DNA of 20,000 bases from Candidatus Bathyarchaeota archaeon (lineage in GTDB: Archaea; Thermoproteota; Bathyarchaeia; Bathyarchaeales; Bathyarchaeaceae): positions 996-20,995 of the forward strand of contig JAOUPL010000010.1 in NCBI GenBank assembly GCA_029879825.1. The letters are read 5' to 3'. Position 1 is the stretch's first letter. Each line of letters opens with the position of its first letter. The position numbers and the translations under genes were made by a program. The notes beneath the pieces were generated by a model, which ran no database searches, was not told where the DNA came from, and saw only the letters and a program-made list of their open reading frames with translations. Below are positions 1 to 6,892 of this stretch, piece after piece.

Positions 1-143
1 TTAGACTATTTCGTTGAGATCACCGTAGATGTGCGCGGGAATAGGAAAATAGATCTTGGCTTCATAAACTATTTTGCCTCATTCGATTAAACCATTTTCC
101 TAAACCTACGATCTAATATGTATAGAGTGACGGAGATGCTGAA

Positions 144-689
144 ATGGATCTCTTAGGCCCTGAAGTAAATTATTACGTCCTCAAGGAGAAATGGTGGGAC
201 TGGGGAAGCGGTGACATCTACAATGAGGCAGGCACGCCCATAGGAAGGATGCATAGGCGAGTTATTTCTCTCAGAGCGTTAACCGAAGTGACGGAAAGAG
301 ACGGAGCCCAAGTTTTCACTGTGAACAAGAAGTTGGTTTCAATGCGCCCGTCATATATGATAAAGGATGCTGAAGGAAGCCTATTAGGTAGAACTAACAG
401 AAAGATTCTCACACTCTTCCGCCCAAAACTGTGGCTTGAAGGAATGGATGGAAAAAAGCTTCTGGAGGCTAAAGGCAACTTCCTAGGCAAAGACTTCGGG
501 GTAAGAGATCTGAAAGGCAACTTGAAGGCCAAGATAGGGAAAGGCGACTTCTTCAAGGATCTAGTGTTAGGGGGAATTTTCGACTTCTCAGACACCTACG
601 CCGTCCAAATCCTAGATCCAGAATACGATAAACGGTTACTCTTAGGATTCGTAATCGCCATAGATAACAGCGTTCACGACAAAAAGTGA
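144..689 (+). CDS. LURP-one-related / tubby-C-like (YxjI, DUF567-type) family protein
   Basis: 181-aa ORF with GGAG about 8 nt upstream of ATG 144. It shows a repeated beta-hairpin-like pattern. The C-terminal DTYAVQI...LLLGFVIAIDN stretch resembles the YxjI/LOR barrel family. This was recognised from memory, not searched. Confidence 0.5.
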   Translation: MDLLGPEVNYYVLKEKWWDWGSGDIYNEAGTPIGRMHRRVISLRALTEVTERDGAQVFTVNKKLVSMRPSYMIKDAEGSLLGRTNRKILTLFRPKLWLEGMDGKKLLEAKGNFLGKDFGVRDLKGNLKAKIGKGDFFKDLVLGGIFDFSDTYAVQILDPEYDKRLLLGFVIAIDNSVHDKK

Positions 690-893
690 TCAGTGCCAGA
701 AAAATTATAAACTATGAATGCGCGCGATTATCTCCCATCCAAACATCAAACAGCAAGGGATACCTTTAAAATATCTCAGTTATTGCTTCAACTTTGACGC
801 GCGCAAGCGAACTTCCTAAAATCAACCGAAACAGTTATCGTTCCACGCGCTTTTTTACATGGGAACACATCCTGACGTGAGGACGGGAGCCTC

Positions 894-1469
894 TTGAAGG
901 TCGAGAAAAGGGAAGTTTGCATTCAGAATGTCGTGGCCTCAGCCGCATTCAATCACCTCGTAGACCTAGACGCCATAGTCAAGGCTTTTCCACACGCCGA
1001 ATACCGACCGGAAGTTTTCCCTGGACTCGCCTTTAGGCTGAAGAAACCCAAGACGTGCACCCTCATCTTTCACTCAGGAAGGATGGTGTGCACCGGAGCC
1101 AGGTCAGGGAGAGAGGCTAGAAAGGCGATCATGAAGGTCGCTAGAGAGTTAAGAGCAGCTGGCATAATCATCACCGGAAAGCCTGAGATAACGATTCAGA
1201 ACATTGTTGCCTCAGGAAGCCTCGGCGGCCCAGTCGATCTCGAAGGGTTGTGTGAGCGGGCTCGCGTGGGGGGGAACATCATGTACGAGCCGGAGCAGTT
1301 TCCAGGCGCAATCTACAGAATGAGCAGCCCTAAGGTGGTTTTCCTAATATTCTCCGCTGGCAAGATCGTGTGCGTGGGCGCGAAGAGGGAGGAGGAAATC
1401 TACGAGGGCGTGGAAAATCTTCGGCGAAGGCTGGGGGAAATGAGGGTTCTCTATGAAGAAATGCCCTGA
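894..1469 (+). CDS. tbp: TATA-box binding protein (TBP)
   Basis: Two tandem TBP repeats are present: IQNVVASAAF...EYRPEVFPGLAFRL..LIFHSGRMVCTGA and IQNIVASGSL...MYEPEQFPGAIYRM..LIFSAGKIVCVGA. The only usable start after the in-frame TGA at 873 is TTG 894, preceded by GGGAG at 885-889. Confidence 0.93.
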   Translation: MKVEKREVCIQNVVASAAFNHLVDLDAIVKAFPHAEYRPEVFPGLAFRLKKPKTCTLIFHSGRMVCTGARSGREARKAIMKVARELRAAGIIITGKPEITIQNIVASGSLGGPVDLEGLCERARVGGNIMYEPEQFPGAIYRMSSPKVVFLIFSAGKIVCVGAKREEEIYEGVENLRRRLGEMRVLYEEMP

Positions 1470-1587
1470 TTGGAAACCCGCATCCGCATCTTGAAACACG
1501 GGAAGTTGAGGACGATAGGAGAGAAACGAATCACAAATTTAGTAAATTGACTACTTTCATCATCCAAAAAGAGATTTCTATCCCATT

Positions 1588-2517
1588 CTAGGCACGGGGC
1601 AGAGCTATCGATTTCGCAATGTCGTAGGCAACCTTGTAGTCAAGTATACCACTTGAAGACTCCACTGCTCGTTTGAACAACTCAGCTTCAATCTGGCTCT
1701 TGAAAGGCCCTATCGCCAGAGCGCCTATTCCCCAGATGCCAGGCAAAAACTCAACACCGTTATCGGTAGGTTTTAGCCCTTCAACGCCTACTGGTGGAAC
1801 AGCATTGATGTCCCCAACAACCTTACACCGCTTTCCATAGTCCTTAAGAACGTTTAGAGGAAGCAATTGGATTCCAGCAGCCCCAGCAGACAAAACAATT
1901 TCAGCTTTCCTGACGGCTTCGGCAGTTTCATCGGGCGCGCTGGCTTGCGCGCCGAAAGCTTTCTCTGATCCGATCTCTTCGTTGATTTTGCTTGCTACTG
2001 CTCTTGCTCTTTGTAACTTCCGTGATGTAACAATCACATTGCACCCCTCCATAGCATATAAACGAGCAGCAACCTGCCCGACTGGCCCGGTGCCCGCCAA
2101 GACGGTGGCATTCTTTCCGTTGAAATCGCCGAATCCCTTTTCATTGAAAAGGACTAGAGTTTTCGCCACTGCTGCTGATGCGGTCGTGTAGGCTCCACGG
2201 GGATCTACAATGACGGCGAGTTCAAAGGGTGGAAACATGGACTTCTTTGCAACTTCTAAAATTCCTAGGGCCTTTTCAACATCTTGACCTCCTATGAAAA
2301 TCTTAGTGTATTTTGCTCCCCCAGGTCCGCGTGGAAACATGGCGTCTTGAATAATCCTCTTTGCATCACGGGTGTTAACATCACTATAGTGAAGAAATTG
2401 TGCATCTGGATAAAGATCAATCGCAGTCAAGATATCAAAGGGACTCGAATGTTTGTCAGTATCCAAAAAAATTATCACTGTTTTTCTATATTTTTTGGGG
2501 GGAGAAAAACTCGACAT
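1588..2517 (-). CDS. MtdA/MtdB-family NAD(P)-dependent methylene-tetrahydromethanopterin dehydrogenase, paralog 1
   Basis: The 309-aa product looks collinear with Methylobacterium MtdA as I remember it. Shared blocks are FLDTD..SPFD, MFPPFE, DPRGAYTTA, the Rossmann GTGPVG, DINAVPPVGVEGL and GIGALAIG. The beta2 end reads VTSRK. Confidence 0.8.
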   Translation of the reverse strand: MSSFSPPKKYRKTVIIFLDTDKHSSPFDILTAIDLYPDAQFLHYSDVNTRDAKRIIQDAMFPRGPGGAKYTKIFIGGQDVEKALGILEVAKKSMFPPFELAVIVDPRGAYTTASAAVAKTLVLFNEKGFGDFNGKNATVLAGTGPVGQVAARLYAMEGCNVIVTSRKLQRARAVASKINEEIGSEKAFGAQASAPDETAEAVRKAEIVLSAGAAGIQLLPLNVLKDYGKRCKVVGDINAVPPVGVEGLKPTDNGVEFLPGIWGIGALAIGPFKSQIEAELFKRAVESSSGILDYKVAYDIAKSIALPRA

Positions 2518-2680
2518 AGCCTTTCATCTCAACATTCTTGCCATGGGTATTTTTATATAGTGCGATTTATGTGTTTTGTATATATCGTTGTTCCGCTAAT
2601 TAATATTATATTCACGTATATAACGTATTACGACAAGAAGTATATACAAAAGCTTCATAGTACTTCTACCGAAGGTGAGA
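2518..2680. promoter_or_regulatory. AT-rich divergent promoter region between the two Mtd paralogs
   Basis: TATA-like elements face both ways. TTTTATATAG at 2551-2560 reads CTATATAAAA on the minus strand and lies about 35-45 nt from the minus-strand ATG at 2517. GTATATAC at 2640-2647 lies about 34 nt before ATG 2681. Extra GTATATA copies occur at 2578 and 2616. Confidence 0.4.
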
Positions 2681-3622
2681 ATGTTGAAAAAACTGCTGTT
2701 CATGTTAGACACTGGCGGAAGAGCAAGCCCGTTTGACATTACTATGGCATACGATGCTGGATTCGACGCGGTGATGCCCTACGAAGACGTAACCCCAAGA
2801 GACGCTAAGAGTCTCACACAAGATGCAATGTTTTCAAGAAGCCCGAAAGCGTTCAAAGACACGTGCTTCTTAATCAGTGGAAGAGATGTTCTAAAGGCTG
2901 AAGAAGTTTTGAAGGCCGTAAAGAGTGCGATGTTTCCACCGTTTGAGACTTCTGTGGTAATCGACCCTGCTGGAGCATACACCACAGCCGTTGCGATAGT
3001 AGCCAAAGTTGAAGACGCTATGAAATCTTATGATCTTGGAAGCTTAGGCGGCAAAAAATACGCGGTGTTTGGAACTGGACCTGTGGGAATAACAGTAGCA
3101 GAGATTCTGACAAGCTTGGAGTGTGAAGTGACGGTTGCTGAACCAAACCCTATGTTGAACTCGGATTACTTGCTGCAACACGAAGCTTTTACGGATGTTT
3201 TAAAGAGACACGGAGCTTATCTACACGGTGTTTCCGCGCCAGCATCAACTGACAAGATTAAGGTCTTGAAGAAAGCCGATGTAGTATTCTGCATTGCCGC
3301 TCGAGGAGTAAGAATAATCGAAAAAGAAATACTGGAGAATCTGGAACCAACGAAAGTAATGGTTGATCTAAACGCTGTTCCACCGCTAGGAATCGAAGGA
3401 CTAGAGCTCAAGGATTACATGAAGGAAATAGTGCCTGGGATCTACGGAATTGGAGCACTCGTAGTCGGAGATCTGAAGTATAAGTTACAGAAAGCAATTT
3501 TACAAGACGCATGCGAAATCCGAACCCCAACTGTATACGACTACAAGTTTGTACTACAGAAAGCGAGAAACTTGCTTCAAGAAATGGCTGCTCCACCCGC
3601 ACCTAAGTTAACTGAGACTTAG
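2681..3622 (+). CDS. MtdA/MtdB-family methylene-tetrahydromethanopterin dehydrogenase, paralog 2
   Basis: It has the same family blocks as paralog 1: MLDTGGRASPFD, MFPPFE, DPAGAYTTA, GTGPVG, DLNAVPPLGIEGL, GIGALVVG. The beta2 end reads VAEPN. I placed the start at ATG 2681 (MLKKLLF, like MtdA MSKKLLF). GTG 2675 from the ORF track is also possible. Confidence 0.78.
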   Translation: MLKKLLFMLDTGGRASPFDITMAYDAGFDAVMPYEDVTPRDAKSLTQDAMFSRSPKAFKDTCFLISGRDVLKAEEVLKAVKSAMFPPFETSVVIDPAGAYTTAVAIVAKVEDAMKSYDLGSLGGKKYAVFGTGPVGITVAEILTSLECEVTVAEPNPMLNSDYLLQHEAFTDVLKRHGAYLHGVSAPASTDKIKVLKKADVVFCIAARGVRIIEKEILENLEPTKVMVDLNAVPPLGIEGLELKDYMKEIVPGIYGIGALVVGDLKYKLQKAILQDACEIRTPTVYDYKFVLQKARNLLQEMAAPPAPKLTET

Positions 3623-3644
3623 ACAAGTGTGCTAATGAGGACCC

Positions 3645-3690
3645 AAAAAGCCTAAGCAGGCTTCACAACAAACCCATTTTTTCTCATTTT
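3645..3690. terminator. Bidirectional terminator-like hairpin between convergent genes
   Basis: A 6-bp stem, AAGCCT (3648-3653) with AGGCTT (3658-3663), has a 4-nt loop. It is flanked by A5 upstream (3645-3649). T6 (3677-3682) and T4 (3687-3690) lie downstream. Archaeal termination favours oligo-T tracts. Confidence 0.3.
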
Positions 3691-3718
3691 AACTCCGTTT
3701 TACCCTTCAATTGTCTTG

Positions 3719-4738
3719 TCAAATGGATAACGTTGACGCTGGTTTATACGAATGGTTTAGAGTGATCTCAGCTATGTCCGCTGCATGATCGGCGATTCTC
3801 CTTAAGCTATCTCGTATTGAACACATCATGCAAGCTAGTAAAGGATTTGTCTCGCCAACAGTACAAGCGGCAAGTTTCTCATCAAGCTTATTTTCTCGAC
3901 TTATCAAATCATTAGAAGAAGCTGTATCCCCTGAAAAGAAAGCTCTAACCGCTTCGTTGTACAGATCAAAAGTTTCGCTCCCGAGATTCAGAATATATTC
4001 CAACATCGGATCCGAAAACCACTGATCCCTCTCCACCAATATTACATTCTTCGAAATGGCTGCTGCATGGTCCGCAACTTGCTCAATCCTGTGCACTAGA
4101 GTTTGGTAGTCGAGGCAGTCAATAGGCTCGAGACCTAATTGTTTTGACAAATCTGGGTCAAGGACTGCACCGCGAAGTAACCGGATGAGGAAAAAGCCGA
4201 GTTGATCAACATCGTCATCAAGCGTAAATACAACCTTAGCCAACTCTGAGTCCTGATTTCTCAGCGATTCCAACGCATCGTGGCACATCGAACCTGAGAT
4301 TATATGCATTCGGCGAATAGCTGCCTCAACAGGCGCCTTCGACTCGTCAACCAAGGTTTGGATATAAATCCTTCTAGCATCCGACTCTAAAATCCCCATG
4401 TACAATATTCCGGCTATGGCACGAACCGCTTTCTGCTGTTCAACCGTAAATATGTCTGTTGAAACCAATGTAATGCCAAAATAACCATTCAGGTAACAAG
4501 CGATTATTTCCCGAACGAGCGAGTCCTCCTTCTCAGCAGGATCAACCTTGAGAGTGATTTTTCGAAGGTCTTTCTTTTTCTTGACTCCTGGGAAGACGAC
4601 CAGAGAACGATCCCTTTGAATATCCAAAGAGACAAAGTCGCCACGTTCTAACTCGTTTAATTTTATCCAACGTTTTGGTAAGGAAACCACAAGCGACGAT
4701 CTTCCGAGGGACATAATTTTGCGTTGGTCCATACCCAA
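3719..4738 (-). CDS. phoU: AbrB/SpoVT-domain plus PhoU-domain regulator (archaeal PhoU-like)
   Basis: The N-terminus, SLGRSSLVVSLPKRWIKLNELERGDFV, is a swapped-hairpin AbrB/SpoVT-type DNA-binding motif. It is followed by two PhoU repeats: DDDVDQL...HRIEQVADHAAAISK and ENKLDEKL...LRRIADHAADIAE. Confidence 0.85.
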   Translation of the reverse strand: MGMDQRKIMSLGRSSLVVSLPKRWIKLNELERGDFVSLDIQRDRSLVVFPGVKKKKDLRKITLKVDPAEKEDSLVREIIACYLNGYFGITLVSTDIFTVEQQKAVRAIAGILYMGILESDARRIYIQTLVDESKAPVEAAIRRMHIISGSMCHDALESLRNQDSELAKVVFTLDDDVDQLGFFLIRLLRGAVLDPDLSKQLGLEPIDCLDYQTLVHRIEQVADHAAAISKNVILVERDQWFSDPMLEYILNLGSETFDLYNEAVRAFFSGDTASSNDLISRENKLDEKLAACTVGETNPLLACMMCSIRDSLRRIADHAADIAEITLNHSYKPASTLSI

Positions 4739-5051
4739 TTCCTTCAGTCATAGCACATTATTTCGGGTATATATAAATCATTTCAATATATATTTTTATT
4801 TTCCTTTTTTCTTCGTCTTCTATGGCAAGGAAAAACCCTAGTGTAGGCTATTCTATTTTCTTTGGGGCATTTTCACGAATGTGATGTGTGCGCTGTTAAG
4901 TGTACATATCTTCAAAGGGGGCATCTTTAGTGACCCAAAATAGCCATCATCTATTGTGCAACATGAAGGGAAAAGGAGGTCTATGGAAAAAGACGATCGA
5001 TAACATTAATAGGTTGCGACAAGTAAGTAATTTTTTCAAAGTTGGGTGATT
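4739..5051. promoter_or_regulatory. 313-nt divergent intergenic region between the phoU-like regulator and the fwd operon
   Basis: GTATATATAAATC at about 4767-4779 and CAATATATATTTTTATTTT at about 4785-4803 are TATA-like. They are followed by a pyrimidine tract at about 4799-4822 and a long GC-normal leader before fwdD. Confidence 0.35.
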
Positions 5052-5456
5052 ATGCCTAAGTTAAAGGTTTCACTATTAACCGGTCGAACAATAGATCAAG
5101 GCAAAGGAAAGGAAATGGGCAAACTTTCCAAAGAATACTCAGAAAGCGTTGTGATTTGTCAAATGGACCCAAACGACATGAAATTTCTCGGAATAAAAGA
5201 AAGCACCAACGTTAAAGTCATCACAGATTTCGGTTCAGTGGTCTTGAAAGCCGTGAAATCCGCTAGAGTTCCCCATCCCAAAGTTGCCTTCATTCCCTAC
5301 GGTCCATGGGCAAGCCTCATCATGAACCCTAGAACCCATGGAACAGGCATGCCCTCCATGAAGGGCATACCAGCAGAAATTGAACCAGCACCCAATGAAA
5401 AAGTGTTAAGCTTACACGATTTACTTGGCCAATTTCGGAAGGAGGGACAGCCGTGA
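5052..5456 (+). CDS. fwdD: Formylmethanofuran dehydrogenase subunit D (molybdopterin-dinucleotide-binding barrel)
   Basis: The roughly 134-aa product begins MPKLKVSLLTGRTIDQGKGKE, which is typical of the FwdD/FmdD N-terminus. It lies first in the fwdDBAC order. The start could be ATG 5052 or GTG 5046. Confidence 0.85.
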   Translation: MPKLKVSLLTGRTIDQGKGKEMGKLSKEYSESVVICQMDPNDMKFLGIKESTNVKVITDFGSVVLKAVKSARVPHPKVAFIPYGPWASLIMNPRTHGTGMPSMKGIPAEIEPAPNEKVLSLHDLLGQFRKEGQP

Positions 5457-6892
5457 CCGTTGTTACCGGGGTAACATGTCCTGTTTGCGGCACTTTTTGC
5501 GATGATATTGAACTAGTTGTGAAAGACAACGTTATTACGGATGTCAGGAACGCATGCGCTATGGGAGCGGCCAAATTTCTGAACTATTCCACTCATCGAA
5601 ATTTAAGACCTCTCGTTAGAAAAAACGGTGAATTAGTTGAGGCTTCAATAGATGAAGCCGTTAAGAGAGCAGCAGAAATCCTTGTAGACGCTACATATCC
5701 TATATTGTATGGTTGGAGTAACACGAGTTGCGAAGCAATTCGCGTGGGTGTAGAACTGACTGAAGAAGTTGGTGGAGTTATTGACAATACATCTACAGTT
5801 TGTCACGGTCCATCTGTCTTAAGTATCCAAGATGTCGGCATCGCATCTTGTACTCTAGGACAACTGCGGCATCGAGCAGATCTCATCTTCTATTGGGCAA
5901 GCAACCCATGGAGCGCTCACCCACGTCACATAGAAAGATACACAATGTTTTCAGAGGGCAGATTTCAAAAGAGCGCATGGAGAGGTTACCTATCACGCTT
6001 AGGAGGCATCATGTCACGAAAAAGGCTTCGAAGAGCTGCTAACCTGGTTCTGAGACGCGACGTTTTTGCTACTCCTGAAGTAGAACGCCGCCTGCCCTAC
6101 AGCATGTTCCAGAAGAAAAGAAAAATGGTGGTCGTGGACGTTCGCAACACACGCACCGCCGAAGCAGCAGACTATTTTCTTCAAGTCGAACCAAACAAGG
6201 ATTATGAACTTCTACAAGCCTTTCGCATGCTTATTAGAGACGAGGAACTCGACGTTAGCGAAGTTGCAGGAGTTCCTGTGGAGATACTTGAAGAAGTTGC
6301 TGACGTCATGGTGGGGTGCGAGTTAGGTATCTTGTTTTTTGGAGTCGGCCTTACAATGAGTGAAGGAAAACTTCGTAACGTTGACGCAGCCCTCAACTTG
6401 ACTCGGGATCTAAATAGCCACACAAAATTTCTCATCATGCCTATGCGGGGACATTTTAACGTTACTGGTGCAGATGTTGTTTTCGCTTGGCAAACTGGAT
6501 ATCCCTACGCCATCGACTTTTCCCACGGCTATCCTCGATACAATCCAGGTGAGACTTCGGTGATCGACATACTGTGCCGTGACGAAGCCGACGCCAGCCT
6601 AATAATTGCGTCAGATCCGGTTGCTCACTTCCCGCAAAAGGCTGCTCAGAATCTGGTTAAAAAACCTCTCATTGCGATTGATCCAGAGGTAACTCCTACA
6701 ACATTAATGGCTGATGTGGTGTTTCCTTCCGCCTTCGTAGGAATTGAGGCCCATGGAACAGCCTACCGCATGGACCACGTTCCCCTGCCGCTAAAGAAGA
6801 TAGTAGAACCTCCAAAAACCTGCCTTCCAGACACAGAAATACTTCAAAGAATTCTTCACAAAGTTCGCAAATTAAGGAGAGAGCAAAACTGA
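5453..6892 (+). CDS. fwdB: Formylmethanofuran dehydrogenase subunit B (W/Mo-bisPGD catalytic subunit, Cys type)
   Basis: An N-terminal [4Fe-4S] motif, CPVCGTFC...C, is present. The conserved TVCHGP gives a metal-ligand Cys at codon 117 (nt 5801-5803). The GTG start overlaps the fwdD stop (GTGA). No in-frame TGA is present, so this is not a selenoprotein. Confidence 0.9.
   Translation: MTVVTGVTCPVCGTFCDDIELVVKDNVITDVRNACAMGAAKFLNYSTHRNLRPLVRKNGELVEASIDEAVKRAAEILVDATYPILYGWSNTSCEAIRVGVELTEEVGGVIDNTSTVCHGPSVLSIQDVGIASCTLGQLRHRADLIFYWASNPWSAHPRHIERYTMFSEGRFQKSAWRGYLSRLGGIMSRKRLRRAANLVLRRDVFATPEVERRLPYSMFQKKRKMVVVDVRNTRTAEAADYFLQVEPNKDYELLQAFRMLIRDEELDVSEVAGVPVEILEEVADVMVGCELGILFFGVGLTMSEGKLRNVDAALNLTRDLNSHTKFLIMPMRGHFNVTGADVVFAWQTGYPYAIDFSHGYPRYNPGETSVIDILCRDEADASLIIASDPVAHFPQKAAQNLVKKPLIAIDPEVTPTTLMADVVFPSAFVGIEAHGTAYRMDHVPLPLKKIVEPPKTCLPDTEILQRILHKVRKLRREQN

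Noticed and set aside
1-143. Possible 3' end of a minus-strand gene at the left edge (TTA at 1-3).
   Set aside because: The frame ending at nt 1 is closed by a stop about 25 codons upstream and has no start codon. The other frames give peptides of 19 aa or less. I treated the region as non-coding leader or promoter for the gene at 144.
218-595. 125-aa minus-strand ORF inside the LOR-family gene.
   Set aside because: It is fully antisense to a better-supported 181-aa gene. Its translation is Ser/Pro/Arg/Leu-rich and low in complexity, which is typical of a shadow ORF.
2284-2736. 150-aa plus-strand ORF spanning the 5' end of Mtd paralog 1 and the divergent promoter.
   Set aside because: It runs antisense to a strongly supported gene and crosses the AT-rich promoter region. 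Its translation has no domain-like pattern.
4963-5049. A strong SD-like AAAAGGAGGT (4971-4980) and mini-ORFs in the fwd leader. One is 28 aa from ATG 4963, ending at TGA 5047-5049 just before the fwdD start. The other is 6 aa from ATG 4983.
   Set aside because: The SD lies inside the 28-aa ORF and is only 2-3 nt from ATG 4983, which is too close. The peptides show no conservation signal that I can judge. A regulatory uORF cannot be excluded, but it is not supportable from sequence alone.
5801-5803. Possible selenocysteine (in-frame TGA) at the FwdB active site, as in some methanogens.
   Set aside because: The codon is TGT (Cys117) and the ORF has no internal TGA, so this is a Cys-type enzyme.
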